Below are positions 12,886-22,219 of a stretch of DNA of 51,981 nt, piece by piece; the first letter of the stretch is position 1, and each line of letters begins with the position of its first letter. The stretch spans positions 1-51,981 of the forward strand of contig JAUIKH010000001.1 in the NCBI GenBank assembly GCA_030430915.1, read 5' to 3'. The stretch is from a bacterium (GTDB lineage Bacteria; Patescibacteriota; Saccharimonadia; Saccharimonadales; SZUA-47). The position numbers and the translations under genes were made by a program. The notes under the pieces were generated by a model. It was not told the origin of the DNA and searched no databases. It worked only from the letters and a program-made list of their open reading frames with translations.

Positions 12886-14400
12886 ATGAGAGCGCAACAT
12901 TCAGTGCAAGAATCTGGTGGTCAAGGATTCATAGTAGAGATACAAACTCACCTATCAAATAACCTGCCAACAATCCAGTTAATTGGTGTTGTTGGTAAAA
13001 GCTTAGATGAATCAAAAGACAGAATCAGAAGTGCATTTTCAAGCTGCGATATTACAATGCCGAGAAAAAAAATAACAGTTAACTTATCGCCTTCAGACAT
13101 TCCAAAAGAAGGCGCTCATTATGACTTAGCTATAGCTATTTCAATACTTGAAGAATCAAAGCAAATAAAGCCTTTAGTCGATAAACCTATAGTTTTTGGA
13201 GAACTAGGCCTAGACGGCAGAGTTCATCCTGTTAGAGGTATTATAGGTAAAATACTAATAGCCAAGAAGGCTGGATACACACACTTTTTGATTCCAGAGG
13301 TTAACTACAGACAAGCTTCTCTAATACCAGATATCAATATATGTACTGTTTCAGACCTAAAAAAACTTAAAAAACAGATAGATAATAACGAACTGAGCTT
13401 CAAATATACAAAAGAGGGCTCAGCAATTGAAGCTAAAAACGACAAATCAACAATTGATTTTTCAGAAGTAATCGGTCAAGATATAGCCAAAAGAGCACTA
13501 GAAATTGCTGCTGTCGGCCACCATAACATACTGTTGAGTGGCCCTCCAGGAGTCGGTAAAAGTATGCTGGCTAAGGCTTTAATAGGTATTATGCCGCCCC
13601 TAAATCGAGAAGAAGTCATAACAGTTACCCACCTTCATAGTCTGATAGGTAGCGACTCATCTACCTTGAAAACCTCTAGGCCTATCAGGTCGCCTCATCA
13701 CAGCACCAGCAGTGTTGCTTTAATCGGTGGAGGCCAGAACTCTAAACCTGGAGAAATATCACTCAGTCACAAAGGCATACTCTTCTTAGATGAGCTGCCT
13801 GAATTTAAAAGATCCTCGATCGAAAGTCTTAGGCAACCTCTCGAAGATAAAGAAGTTACAATTTCCCGAGCTAAAATAACAACCACCTATCCGGCTGATT
13901 TTTTACTCATAGCTACTAAAAACCCTTGTCCTTGTGGCTATTATGGCAGTTCAAAGCCCTGTACTTGCTCACCAATAGAAATAGACAGATACCAGAAAAA
14001 ACTATCTGGACCCCTTCTGGATCGTATCGATCTACACATTATCGTTGATTCGATAAAACATGAATCCTTGCTGACAGACCAAAAGGTCAAAAAAGAAAAA
14101 CAAAGCTCTCATATAAGAGAAAAAATTACCAATACTATAGAAATGCAAAATAAAAGATTTAATAACCAGACCATGAGAAACAGTAATATGACCAACAAAG
14201 ATATCAAAAAGTACGCAGGTTTATCGCAAGATTCCAAGGAATTACTGGATAAGGCAGCTCAGAAACTTGATTTGTCAGCCAGAGTCTATATGAAAACGAT
14301 TAAAGTTGCCAGAACAATAGCCGATCTCGAAGGTAGCAAGCAAATTCAAAAATCACACATCAGTGAAGCCTTAAGGTACAGGCCAATATCAATAAGATAA
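12886..14400 (+). CDS. comM: YifB/ComM-family Mg-chelatase-like AAA+ ATPase
   Basis: ITVNLSPSDIPKEGAHYDLAIA, GPPGVGKS, RSPHH, LFLDELPEF, NPCPCG, SGPLLDRID. Confidence 0.93.
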   Translation: MRAQHSVQESGGQGFIVEIQTHLSNNLPTIQLIGVVGKSLDESKDRIRSAFSSCDITMPRKKITVNLSPSDIPKEGAHYDLAIAISILEESKQIKPLVDKPIVFGELGLDGRVHPVRGIIGKILIAKKAGYTHFLIPEVNYRQASLIPDINICTVSDLKKLKKQIDNNELSFKYTKEGSAIEAKNDKSTIDFSEVIGQDIAKRALEIAAVGHHNILLSGPPGVGKSMLAKALIGIMPPLNREEVITVTHLHSLIGSDSSTLKTSRPIRSPHHSTSSVALIGGGQNSKPGEISLSHKGILFLDELPEFKRSSIESLRQPLEDKEVTISRAKITTTYPADFLLIATKNPCPCGYYGSSKPCTCSPIEIDRYQKKLSGPLLDRIDLHIIVDSIKHESLLTDQKVKKEKQSSHIREKITNTIEMQNKRFNNQTMRNSNMTNKDIKKYAGLSQDSKELLDKAAQKLDLSARVYMKTIKVARTIADLEGSKQIQKSHISEALRYRPISIR

Positions 14401-14475
14401 AAGTTGCTCTAACCCCTTGAATCCCTGTACTATCTCTGGTAAAATACATTGAAAATAATAAATTAAGGAGCAACC

Positions 14476-15036
14476 ATAGGTAATTTTACTCGTCTGAATG
14501 AAAAAATTCGGGCGCCAAGGCTAAGAGTTATTGACCAGGATGGGTCTCAACTAGGAGTAATGAGCAGGTCTGAGGCGTTAGAAGCAGCAGAACAAGCAGA
14601 ATTAGACTTAGTAGAGATTTCACCCAACGCCGATCCACCAGTCGCAAAGATTATTGATTGGGGTAAATATAACTACCAACGAACCAAGCAAATTCAAAAG
14701 AACAAGAAAAATGCAAAGGCGTTGGAGCTAAAGCAAATGCGCGTCGGCCTGAAGATAAGTGACCACGATCTGGAAGTTAAAGCCAACAAGGTTCAGAAGT
14801 TTTTAGACCAAGGACACAAAGTAAAATATACACTACGGTATAAAGGTAGAGAGCTAGCCCACAAAGATGTCGGCTTCACTCTAGCCCAGAAAATAATAGA
14901 CTCTTTCGCAGACACAATTGTAGTTGATCAAAAACCACAGTTTGCAGGAAGACAATTAAATTTTGTTATAAGGAGATCACAGAATGCCAAAACTCAAGAC
15001 ACACAGCGGCACAAAGAAACGCCTGAAGGTAAATAA
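14476..15036 (+). CDS. infC: Translation initiation factor IF-3 (non-canonical ATA start)
   Basis: AAGGAG SD then ATA at 14476 in frame, adding RLNEKIRAPRLRVID; DLVEISPNADPPVAKIIDWGKY. Confidence 0.92.
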   Translation: MGNFTRLNEKIRAPRLRVIDQDGSQLGVMSRSEALEAAEQAELDLVEISPNADPPVAKIIDWGKYNYQRTKQIQKNKKNAKALELKQMRVGLKISDHDLEVKANKVQKFLDQGHKVKYTLRYKGRELAHKDVGFTLAQKIIDSFADTIVVDQKPQFAGRQLNFVIRRSQNAKTQDTQRHKETPEGK

Positions 15037-15178
15037 GAACGGTAAAGTTCTGCGTCGTAAAGCAACTGGCAACCACCTTTTGGAAAAAAAGAGTGCTAGC
15101 AGAAAAAGAACTCATGCAGGTACAGTTGAACTGACTGGAAAACAAAGCAAAAACGTTAAACTTAAGTTAGGAATGTAG
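14984..15178 (+). CDS. rpmI: 50S ribosomal protein L35
   Basis: MPKLKTHSGTKKR; infC-rpmI-rplT order. Confidence 0.96.
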   Translation: MPKLKTHSGTKKRLKVNKNGKVLRRKATGNHLLEKKSASRKRTHAGTVELTGKQSKNVKLKLGM

Positions 15179-15188
15179 GAAATAGAAT

Positions 15189-15533
15189 ATGAGAGTTAAG
15201 AGAGGCGTAACAGCAAGAGCTCGCCACAATAAGATCAGAAAAGCAACCAAAGGCATGAGCCTTTCTCATAGATCTAGCTATCGAAGAGGTAAACAAGCAG
15301 TAGTTAAAGCTCTAGAGAATGCTCACAGAGACCGTAGAGAACGAAAAAGAACTTTTAGACAACTTTGGAATGCCCGAATCAATGCAGCAGCTAGACAGAA
15401 TGACACAACCTATAGCAAGTTAATGCACGGTATAAAAAAGAACAACATCACTGTAAATCGCAAGATGCTTAGCGAAATAGCAATAAGCGATCCTAAAGCA
15501 TTCAGTGTAGTAGTAAAAGCTTCTCAAAAATAA
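15189..15533 (+). CDS. rplT: 50S ribosomal protein L20
   Basis: MRVKRGV, FRQLWNARINAAAR, NRKMLSEIA. Confidence 0.97.
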   Translation: MRVKRGVTARARHNKIRKATKGMSLSHRSSYRRGKQAVVKALENAHRDRRERKRTFRQLWNARINAAARQNDTTYSKLMHGIKKNNITVNRKMLSEIAISDPKAFSVVVKASQK

Positions 15534-15541
15534 TCGTTAAT

Positions 15542-15586
15542 AAAAAACCCTTAAGACAGTTTCAATACTATCTTAAGGGTTAAAAA
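15542..15586. terminator. Hairpin between convergent rplT and rnpB
   Basis: aacccttaaga...tcttaagggtt. Confidence 0.6.
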
Positions 15587-15982
15587 GTTAGATACATGAA
15601 TAAGCCGGGTCCTGTCCCATACTAACTGTACGGGAGCGGTCATCTATCTAGTTCCGCATTCACACACGGAATCAAGCGGTTAAACGCAAGACCTGGTAGG
15701 ATACCAGCCGATAAATCGACAAAGCCTCGCTCCTTGCAGCAGACAGGGTTTACCAATCTTCAAAGATCACTCAATGAAGTCTGTGAGCTCTTACCTCACT
15801 CTTTTCACCTTTTCCTAAGTTGCCCTAGGTAGTATTGTCTCTGTGGCACTTTCCCTAAGATTACTCTTGGTTGCCGTTAGCAACTGTCATTTCCTTAGTG
15901 CTGCCCGGACTTTCCTCCCCTCACCACCGTTACCAAAATTTTAGTCAAAGTGGTGAGGGGCGACCGCTACTATGTATCTAAC
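15587..15982 (-). ncRNA. rnpB: RNase P RNA
   Basis: Minus strand GAGGAAAGTCCGGGC, AGTGCCACAGAGA, GGTAAACCC, ACAGGACCCGGCTTA; P1 stem gttagatacat/atgtatctaac. Confidence 0.95.
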
Positions 15983-16028
15983 GAGTTCTATTGTAACTCT
16001 GTTACATGTCATTTCCTAGTAATAAATA

Positions 16029-16847
16029 TTACTGTAATAAATCTTCGCCTTTCACTGCGTCCAGTGCTTTATTAACCTCGGCATCCGCAAGCTTATTTAG
16101 CTCTCTGGGAACATGGGTAAAATTAATGGACTTAAAAGCACCCTGAAGCCTCTTGGCTGTCTCATAAAGCGTCCATAAGTCTCTGTTTTTTACCTTAAAT
16201 TTCCCCTTCATTTGGTTCACGACTAGTAGGCTATCTAGGAACACGTCGACTTCTGGGATGTTTTTTTGTTTACACCACTCTAGCCCAGATATAAAAGCAT
16301 GGTATTCAGCTTGATTATTAGTGGTTACACCGAGGTACTTATTCCAGCTTTCAATCACTTTATCGTCATAATCTAATATGACAAATCCAGCAGCCGATGG
16401 TCCTGGATTACCCCTTGAGCCACCATCAGCATATAATTTTACTTTTTTTATAATCGAATTTTTCTTTAAAGATTCTTTTAGCATATATGGCACGGGCTGA
16501 TCATAGGGTTTGAACTCAAAGCTTATTAAACTAACTACTGTATCTTCATCCACGCTCTCCCCGTAGAATCGCCTCAAAAACTCATAAAGTTTTTCTTTAG
16601 ATAAGCTATTGATTTCTGATGACTTGATTAATTCGGATGGTAGTTTAGATAATACGAACTCAGACGCACTAAAAACTTTTAGCTCGCCCGGCACCTGCCA
16701 CTGTTGTGGGTCATTTACATTTGTTTTATCAACTAGCTGTACTTTATCACCAACTTTTATATTTTTATCATCAATTCTTAGAGTGGTGTTTTTAGCTCCA
16801 GATATGATATCTTTGGCATACTTGTGTTCAAATTTTAATTGCTTCAT
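16029..16847 (-). CDS. ASCH-like domain fused to ribonuclease HI
   Basis: N-terminal ISGAKNTTLR (GxKxxTxR); C-terminal YADGGSRGNPGPSAAG, TTNNQAEY, LDSLLVVNQ, HVPRELNKLAD. Confidence 0.88.
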   Translation of the reverse strand: MKQLKFEHKYAKDIISGAKNTTLRIDDKNIKVGDKVQLVDKTNVNDPQQWQVPGELKVFSASEFVLSKLPSELIKSSEINSLSKEKLYEFLRRFYGESVDEDTVVSLISFEFKPYDQPVPYMLKESLKKNSIIKKVKLYADGGSRGNPGPSAAGFVILDYDDKVIESWNKYLGVTTNNQAEYHAFISGLEWCKQKNIPEVDVFLDSLLVVNQMKGKFKVKNRDLWTLYETAKRLQGAFKSINFTHVPRELNKLADAEVNKALDAVKGEDLLQ

Positions 16848-16876
16848 TTTTTATATTTCTTTAAATTACATCCTAA

Positions 16877-17052
16877 GTGCAGCGGTGGTCAGCTTAGATT
16901 TACCTGCTCGATGCTAGGTGGGCTTTGCCCCGCACATAAAAGTACATAAGGCGTTCTCACGCCATTATCGATAGATATGTACTTTTATGTGCGGGGTATA
17001 AACCCTATGATTTATTGTTCAGAAAATCATATCACTGAACACCTTGCTGCCC
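16877..17052 (-). ncRNA. ssrS: Probable 6S RNA
   Basis: TATAAT at 17057-17062; 5' GGGCAGC-AA-GGUG-UUCAG pairs with 3' CUGA-C-CACC-GCUGC; ~176-nt rod with AU-rich bubble, CCCACCU...GCAGGU 3' motif, 21-bp apical stem. Confidence 0.7.
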
Positions 17053-17082
17053 TTTTATTATATCGCTCCTGCAGTGTCTTTA

Positions 17083-17709
17083 CTAGCGTATAAGTATGTT
17101 TAAAAAGAACTCATTCGCTGAAATCAGAATTGGACTCAATACAGGCAGCAGAACAGTTATCAGTATAATTATCACGAAGATACCAAACTGTTCTATCTGC
17201 TCCATTACTGCCTGAACTTTAAGTGGAGCAAATGCATATAAAATTCTTGATCCATCTAGCGGAGGTATAGGTAGCATATTAAACACAAAAAGACCTATAT
17301 TTATTCTTATAGCCAATATCGTAATATCTCTGAGTAATCCTGCGTCAGTTACAAAAAAGTTTAAAAACACGGCAACAACCGAGGCCAAAACCAAATTTGT
17401 AAGAGGTCCAGCAAACCCCACTGCTGCCAGCCCCATCTCTTCTCCGCTAATTCTCGATGTATTTATCGGAACGGGTTTTGCAGCTAATATCGGTGGCAAC
17501 CCAAGAAGTAACATTACAGAAGGTAAAACTAATGTCAGCATAGGGTCTATATGTTTTAGCGGATTCAAACTTATTCTCCCATGTGAATGAGCCAGATCAT
17601 CTCCCAATCTATAGGCAACTAGCGCATGCATTGTTTCGTGAAATGCCACAGAAATAAATAAAATTAAAACAAAAATAGCTATACCGAGTATTTGGAATGA
17701 TTCAACCAT
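17083..17709 (-). CDS. Site-2 protease (M50 family)
   Basis: HETMH, AGPLTN, FNMLPIPPLDGSR. Confidence 0.93.
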   Translation of the reverse strand: MVESFQILGIAIFVLILFISVAFHETMHALVAYRLGDDLAHSHGRISLNPLKHIDPMLTLVLPSVMLLLGLPPILAAKPVPINTSRISGEEMGLAAVGFAGPLTNLVLASVVAVFLNFFVTDAGLLRDITILAIRINIGLFVFNMLPIPPLDGSRILYAFAPLKVQAVMEQIEQFGIFVIIILITVLLPVLSPILISANEFFLNILIR

Positions 17710-17731
17710 TATTATTAAGTATAGCAGTTAC

Positions 17732-18571
17732 CTAAGATACGTTTGGAAGTGAATCTTTTTTATAAGAACCAATTACTCTTATCTGTTGACCATGGCTTTT
17801 TATAATGTCTAAAGCTAATTGAGTCCGTTTTTCCTGGAGCCCCGACTCAATATCAACATAGAACATATATTCCCATTTTGTACCTACAATTGGCCTAGAC
17901 TCTAGCTTCGTTAGGTTTATATCATTCTCATAAAAAGCACCCAAAGCCTTATACAAGGCACCGGGTGAATGACCAGTCGTAAGAATAAGTGAGGTTTTCT
18001 CACACACATCTACGGAATCAGGCTTTTCTCTAGTAGCCACCACAAACCGTGTGTAGTTATGCTTATTGGTCTCCACTTCTGATTCAATTATCTCCAGACC
18101 ATAGGCTTTTGCCGATTCTTCTGAAGCAATAGCTGCCTTAGTGACATCATTCCACCTCTTTATGTCAGCAGCACTTCCTGCTGTATCGTGGTGTTCAAAT
18201 CTTTCTGCATTATGCAGATTAGTATCTAAAAATTCTAGACACTGACCTAAAGCTACCGGGTGGGAGTGTACCTCTTTAATATTTTCTATTTTCGCTCCTA
18301 GTAGGCCAATCAAACAGTGTTTAATGTGCAGATATATTTCACCCATTATCCAGATGTTGTGCTTCAAAACCAAATCGTAAACTTCATTAATTGAGCCATA
18401 TAAGGAGTTCTCCATTGCACATACCAAATAATCAGCCTCACCTCTATCTAGAGCTTCAAATACTTCTTTGAATGTCTCGCACTTAATCAATTCAGTAGGC
18501 TCACCACCGAAATATTGTTTTTGAGCAACATCGTGAAAAGAATAATCTTGGCCTTGTATAGCTACTTTCAT
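17732..18571 (-). CDS. pheA: Prephenate dehydratase (PDT + ACT domain)
   Basis: ENSLYGSI, SHPVALGQC, NYTRF, PGALYKAL, NLTKLESRP. Confidence 0.93.
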   Translation of the reverse strand: MKVAIQGQDYSFHDVAQKQYFGGEPTELIKCETFKEVFEALDRGEADYLVCAMENSLYGSINEVYDLVLKHNIWIMGEIYLHIKHCLIGLLGAKIENIKEVHSHPVALGQCLEFLDTNLHNAERFEHHDTAGSAADIKRWNDVTKAAIASEESAKAYGLEIIESEVETNKHNYTRFVVATREKPDSVDVCEKTSLILTTGHSPGALYKALGAFYENDINLTKLESRPIVGTKWEYMFYVDIESGLQEKRTQLALDIIKSHGQQIRVIGSYKKDSLPNVS

Positions 18572-18748
18572 CGCTCGTTATTGTACCACGCCCTCAACAA
18601 TATTTGACTTTATTCTATATTTATGTTAATATGATACCATAGGATTTTGTGTCTTTTTAAGTTAAGAATACCTGCCCTACCTCTTGACCAAAAGAGTTAA
18701 AAGTAGTAGTATTAATCATTGAATATCAGATAAATTTGGATAAAATCT

Positions 18749-18943
18749 ATGAACAAATGTGAAGTAACAGGCAAAGGCAAGCAATTCGGCAACAATGTCA
18801 GCTTCTCTCAGCGCCACACTAAAAAAACCTGGAAGCCAAACTTACAGAAGAAGACTCTTGTTATTGATGGCAAAAAAGTCAAAATGAAGATTAGCACAAG
18901 CGCCCTAAGAACTTTGAAGCAAAAAGGCATAGTAGCTAAATAG
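18749..18943 (+). CDS. rpmB: 50S ribosomal protein L28
   Basis: CEVTGKGKQFGNNVSFSQRHTKKTWKPNLQ; upstream TTGACT-17-TAATAT and TTGACC-17-TAGTAT promoters. Confidence 0.96.
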   Translation: MNKCEVTGKGKQFGNNVSFSQRHTKKTWKPNLQKKTLVIDGKKVKMKISTSALRTLKQKGIVAK

Positions 18944-18956
18944 CATCTACAATATT

Positions 18957-18990
18957 TAAAAAAAGTCCCTTTTTAATGGGGCTTTTTTAA
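18957..18990. terminator. Bidirectional terminator
   Basis: aaaaaagtccc...ggggctttttt between convergent genes. Confidence 0.65.
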
Positions 18991-19009
18991 GTTGAATTAG
19001 ATTTTGAAG

Positions 19010-19657
19010 CTATTTTTTATTAACTTTTAAAACAACTGCACGGGTTTGAGATTTACCATCATCGGCGGACCTAGTAACTTTATAGGAATCAACTTGCTCT
19101 CCTAAATCAAAGCTAGACACTTTATTAAACTCATCTAAAGTTTCAGCTGGGACTTCATAGTTTAGACCCTCTACCTCATATTGGGAAGGAATGACTACAG
19201 ATGGCTCAACACTCTTAATTACTGACATAGCGCCTACTTTATCTAGCGTAAACCCATTTCCACCAACAGGTAAGATTAATACATCTGTACCACCTACAGC
19301 TTCTAATACTTCATCGGAAAGATTAGGGTGTACGTGACCTAACACTGTCACAGTTAGACCGCTAACCATGAATTGATATACAGTTGCTGTTTGTTCTTCT
19401 TCGCTGTCCGTGTGCGCTCTAGTCTGTGTTCCCTTTACTGTCACATCACCAACCTCAAATTCTCCCGGACTTTCAAGAACTAATCGTGACTTTTTAGCAG
19501 CTTCATCATCTTTAGTCGCTGCTGAAGTATAAAAGGCCACCGTTTTATCACTCTGTATACTCTTGCCACCGATTTTCGATAGGTTATCATCCACTACAAT
19601 AGTTGTGGATTTGGTTTTTATCCTAAAACAATTCGCACCAAAAAATTCTATTTCCAT
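19010..19657 (-). CDS. MBL-fold metallo-hydrolase-like protein (degenerate metal motif)
   Basis: MEIEFFGANCFRI, PGEFEVGDV, DVLILPVGG, EPSVVIP. Confidence 0.8.
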   Translation of the reverse strand: MEIEFFGANCFRIKTKSTTIVVDDNLSKIGGKSIQSDKTVAFYTSAATKDDEAAKKSRLVLESPGEFEVGDVTVKGTQTRAHTDSEEEQTATVYQFMVSGLTVTVLGHVHPNLSDEVLEAVGGTDVLILPVGGNGFTLDKVGAMSVIKSVEPSVVIPSQYEVEGLNYEVPAETLDEFNKVSSFDLGEQVDSYKVTRSADDGKSQTRAVVLKVNKK

Positions 19658-19666
19658 TATGTCTCC

Positions 19667-20335
19667 TTATTTTTGTTCAAATAAATTATCTTTATCAATA
19701 ATAATTTGGTTTTTTGCCTGCATAACCAGTGACCAAAACTTATCATTAAGCTGTTTTCTATACTTCCACTCTTCAACTTCCAAAACAGCGTACCGCAACT
19801 CTTTATCTTCCTGCTTTTCAAGCTCTGCAACTGCCGACTCAGCTCTCGGAACAGAAACATCACCTATTATCAAAACATCTACAGGCGTATATTTATCTCT
19901 GGTAAACGCTCCTGAATATAGCAAGCCTGAAATATTCCCCACCTTATCCCATATCTTTTTGTCGACTGCACTAACTGGTTCATCGACCACTTTTGCTTTT
20001 TCAGAATCTTGATCTTTTGTATCAATTTCTTTTTCTTCATCCTTGTCTGCACTAGCTTTAGCCTTTGATTTATTACTCGATTTTTTACCAGTAAACAGTT
20101 CTCTTAGTGCTGAATAATGCTCATAGCTCTGGTCTACCTCATAGTACAATTTATTATTACTACTATCTGAAGTAATAACTCCTAAAGACAACAGATTTGC
20201 CAATTCTCTTCGCACAGAATTGATTTGCTCATCAATCTTTCTGGTTATTTCTCGCACATAAAACGGTCGATTAGGATTACTCATAAACAAGTTTAATAGT
20301 TTTGTTCTAGTTTTTGAGCCAAATAAATGTTCCAC
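19667..20335 (-). CDS. Winged-helix HTH protein with nucleotidyltransferase-like C-terminal domain
   Basis: LFGSKTRTKLL..YVREITR..NSVRRELANL; SGAF..VDVLIIGD. Confidence 0.8.
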   Translation of the reverse strand: MEHLFGSKTRTKLLNLFMSNPNRPFYVREITRKIDEQINSVRRELANLLSLGVITSDSSNNKLYYEVDQSYEHYSALRELFTGKKSSNKSKAKASADKDEEKEIDTKDQDSEKAKVVDEPVSAVDKKIWDKVGNISGLLYSGAFTRDKYTPVDVLIIGDVSVPRAESAVAELEKQEDKELRYAVLEVEEWKYRKQLNDKFWSLVMQAKNQIIIDKDNLFEQK

Positions 20336-20379
20336 TGCACTACCTCTTTCCCTATTATTGTACCAGATTTGTTCAATCG

Positions 20380-21285
20380 TTATGAAAGATGATTTTTTAT
20401 ATACTCAAAAGCTTCTTCTGCCTGTTCAAACCAAACAATATCCTTATTACGTCTAAACCATGACCGCTGACGTCGTGCATATTGCATATCTGACTTGATG
20501 AACTCTTCTTCTATAGCTTCTATATAGAAGTCATCCTCTGCTGTCCTGTGTTTTAGGGCAATTTTATAGCCTATTGCATCAAATTCTTTAGGAGGCATGC
20601 CATATTTTTCAATGATACTTTCAACCTCGTCTAAAAAACCGCTTTTGAGCATTTTTTGTATACGTCTCTCGATTCGGCTTTTTAAGACCTCCTTTCCTGG
20701 GTCAATACCTACTATTATTGATCCCGGCATTTTACTAGATTTTTTTGAAGATTCACCTTGAGCTTCAATCACTCTAATTAAGTGTCTAGGATTTCTTTGA
20801 TTCTTTGGAAGTTCCAGACCACTTTCTGTAATTATCTCCTGCAGCTGCTCGACTGTTTTTGAATCTAGTTCTTGTCTACTATACCTACTTACGGATTTAC
20901 GAAAGTTAAAATTATACAGCAAAGAGTCTATATACAACCCTGTTCCACCGACCACAACCGGCAACTTTTGCCTATTTTTTATATTTTTAAGAGAAGTTTT
21001 TGCTAGTTTTTGAAATTCAGCAGCAGAAAATTTTTCAAACGGTTCAATAATATCTATTAAATGGTGCTGGATTTCTTTTATTTCCTGCTTGTTAGGCTTA
21101 GCTGTGCCTATGTCCAGCCCTTTTCGAACAGTTTGTGAATCCGCACATATAATTTCGCCATTAAACTTCTTAGCTACTTTCATAGCTAAATCAGACTTAC
21201 CGCTAGCCGTCGGCCCCACAATAAATATAGTGTTTGGGGTTTGGTAGCTAGTAGTTAGGCTGCTTTCTCTTTCCCTATTTACCAT
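20380..21285 (-). CDS. miaA: tRNA dimethylallyltransferase
   Basis: GPTASGKS, ICADS, DIGTAKP, VGGTGLY, AIGY, YARRQRSWF. Confidence 0.96.
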   Translation of the reverse strand: MVNRERESSLTTSYQTPNTIFIVGPTASGKSDLAMKVAKKFNGEIICADSQTVRKGLDIGTAKPNKQEIKEIQHHLIDIIEPFEKFSAAEFQKLAKTSLKNIKNRQKLPVVVGGTGLYIDSLLYNFNFRKSVSRYSRQELDSKTVEQLQEIITESGLELPKNQRNPRHLIRVIEAQGESSKKSSKMPGSIIVGIDPGKEVLKSRIERRIQKMLKSGFLDEVESIIEKYGMPPKEFDAIGYKIALKHRTAEDDFYIEAIEEEFIKSDMQYARRQRSWFRRNKDIVWFEQAEEAFEYIKNHLS

Positions 21286-21288
21286 TTA

Positions 21289-21624
21289 CTAGACCCCACC
21301 TACCAAATCCGGCCACCATATCAACTCACCAACGTCTACATAAAATTTCCCATTTTGCTCTTTTAACACATAGCCTTCCGCCAACAAATGCTCTTTATGT
21401 GCCGACCTACCACCCGGATACCCACTGGCCAACCCGCCCTTTTTATTAACAACCCTATGCCAAGGTAAGTTCGGGTCACCGTAATGAGCCACTCCACCAA
21501 CAATCCGCGATGCTCTAGGACTTCCTACCAAAGCCGCAATCTGCCCATATGTCATTATTCGACCTTTAGGTACCAGTGAAACAAGTGCCTCTACTCTTTG
21601 TTTAAAACTATTCTGCTCTTTCAT
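21289..21624 (-). CDS. Alkyltransferase-like (ATL/MGMT family) protein
   Basis: VPKGRIMTYGQIA; PWHRV (Trp replaces catalytic Cys). Confidence 0.9.
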   Translation of the reverse strand: MKEQNSFKQRVEALVSLVPKGRIMTYGQIAALVGSPRASRIVGGVAHYGDPNLPWHRVVNKKGGLASGYPGGRSAHKEHLLAEGYVLKEQNGKFYVDVGELIWWPDLVGGV

Positions 21625-22219
21625 TTACTAATAAATCTACCACATCGGGCCAGCTCTCACACCTAATAACTCCTGTCGGGGCAGTCTTGTTCCACCCATA
21701 ATTTCCAAACAATATTGCATTCACCCCATTTTTAATTGCAGACTCGCAGTGCACAGGATTATCATCAATTAAATATTTTGTATCCAAATCACGGCATAAC
21801 TCACCTTTAGATTTGTCCTTTTTATGTCCGGCAAAATACACTTCCAGGTCTAAATTAGGTAAATTACTCCTCACCCATGCATCTGTAGATTTTTGAAATT
21901 TCTCTTGCTTGCGCGAAGTAACCAAAATCAAACTATATTTTTTAGACAATTCACCTAGCGCAAACTCCGCTCCAGCCAGCAGCGGCATATTTTCATGGTT
22001 ATTTGTCTTACTAATCAACCTTTCTTCGATTTCCTGATAATCAACATTAACATTTTTAGATTGCCAAACAGCTTCATAGTACCCCCAATAATCGGCCTCT
22101 ACGGACCTATAGTCATCAGGCTGCAAATCAATGCCTAAATGATTATTAACTACCAGCCTAATTGTCTCAGTTGAATCACTTATTACATCGTCAATGTCTA
22201 CCGCTATTTTTGGCTTCAT
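21608..22219 (-). CDS. HAD-family 5'(3')-nucleotidase-like protein
   Basis: AVDIDDVI, VTSR, SKG, LIDDN, YGWN. Confidence 0.85.
   Translation of the reverse strand: MKPKIAVDIDDVISDSTETIRLVVNNHLGIDLQPDDYRSVEADYWGYYEAVWQSKNVNVDYQEIEERLISKTNNHENMPLLAGAEFALGELSKKYSLILVTSRKQEKFQKSTDAWVRSNLPNLDLEVYFAGHKKDKSKGELCRDLDTKYLIDDNPVHCESAIKNGVNAILFGNYGWNKTAPTGVIRCESWPDVVDLLVNERAE

Noticed and set aside
12759..12962. 67-aa ORF
   Set aside because: Runs through a terminator and overlaps comM out of frame
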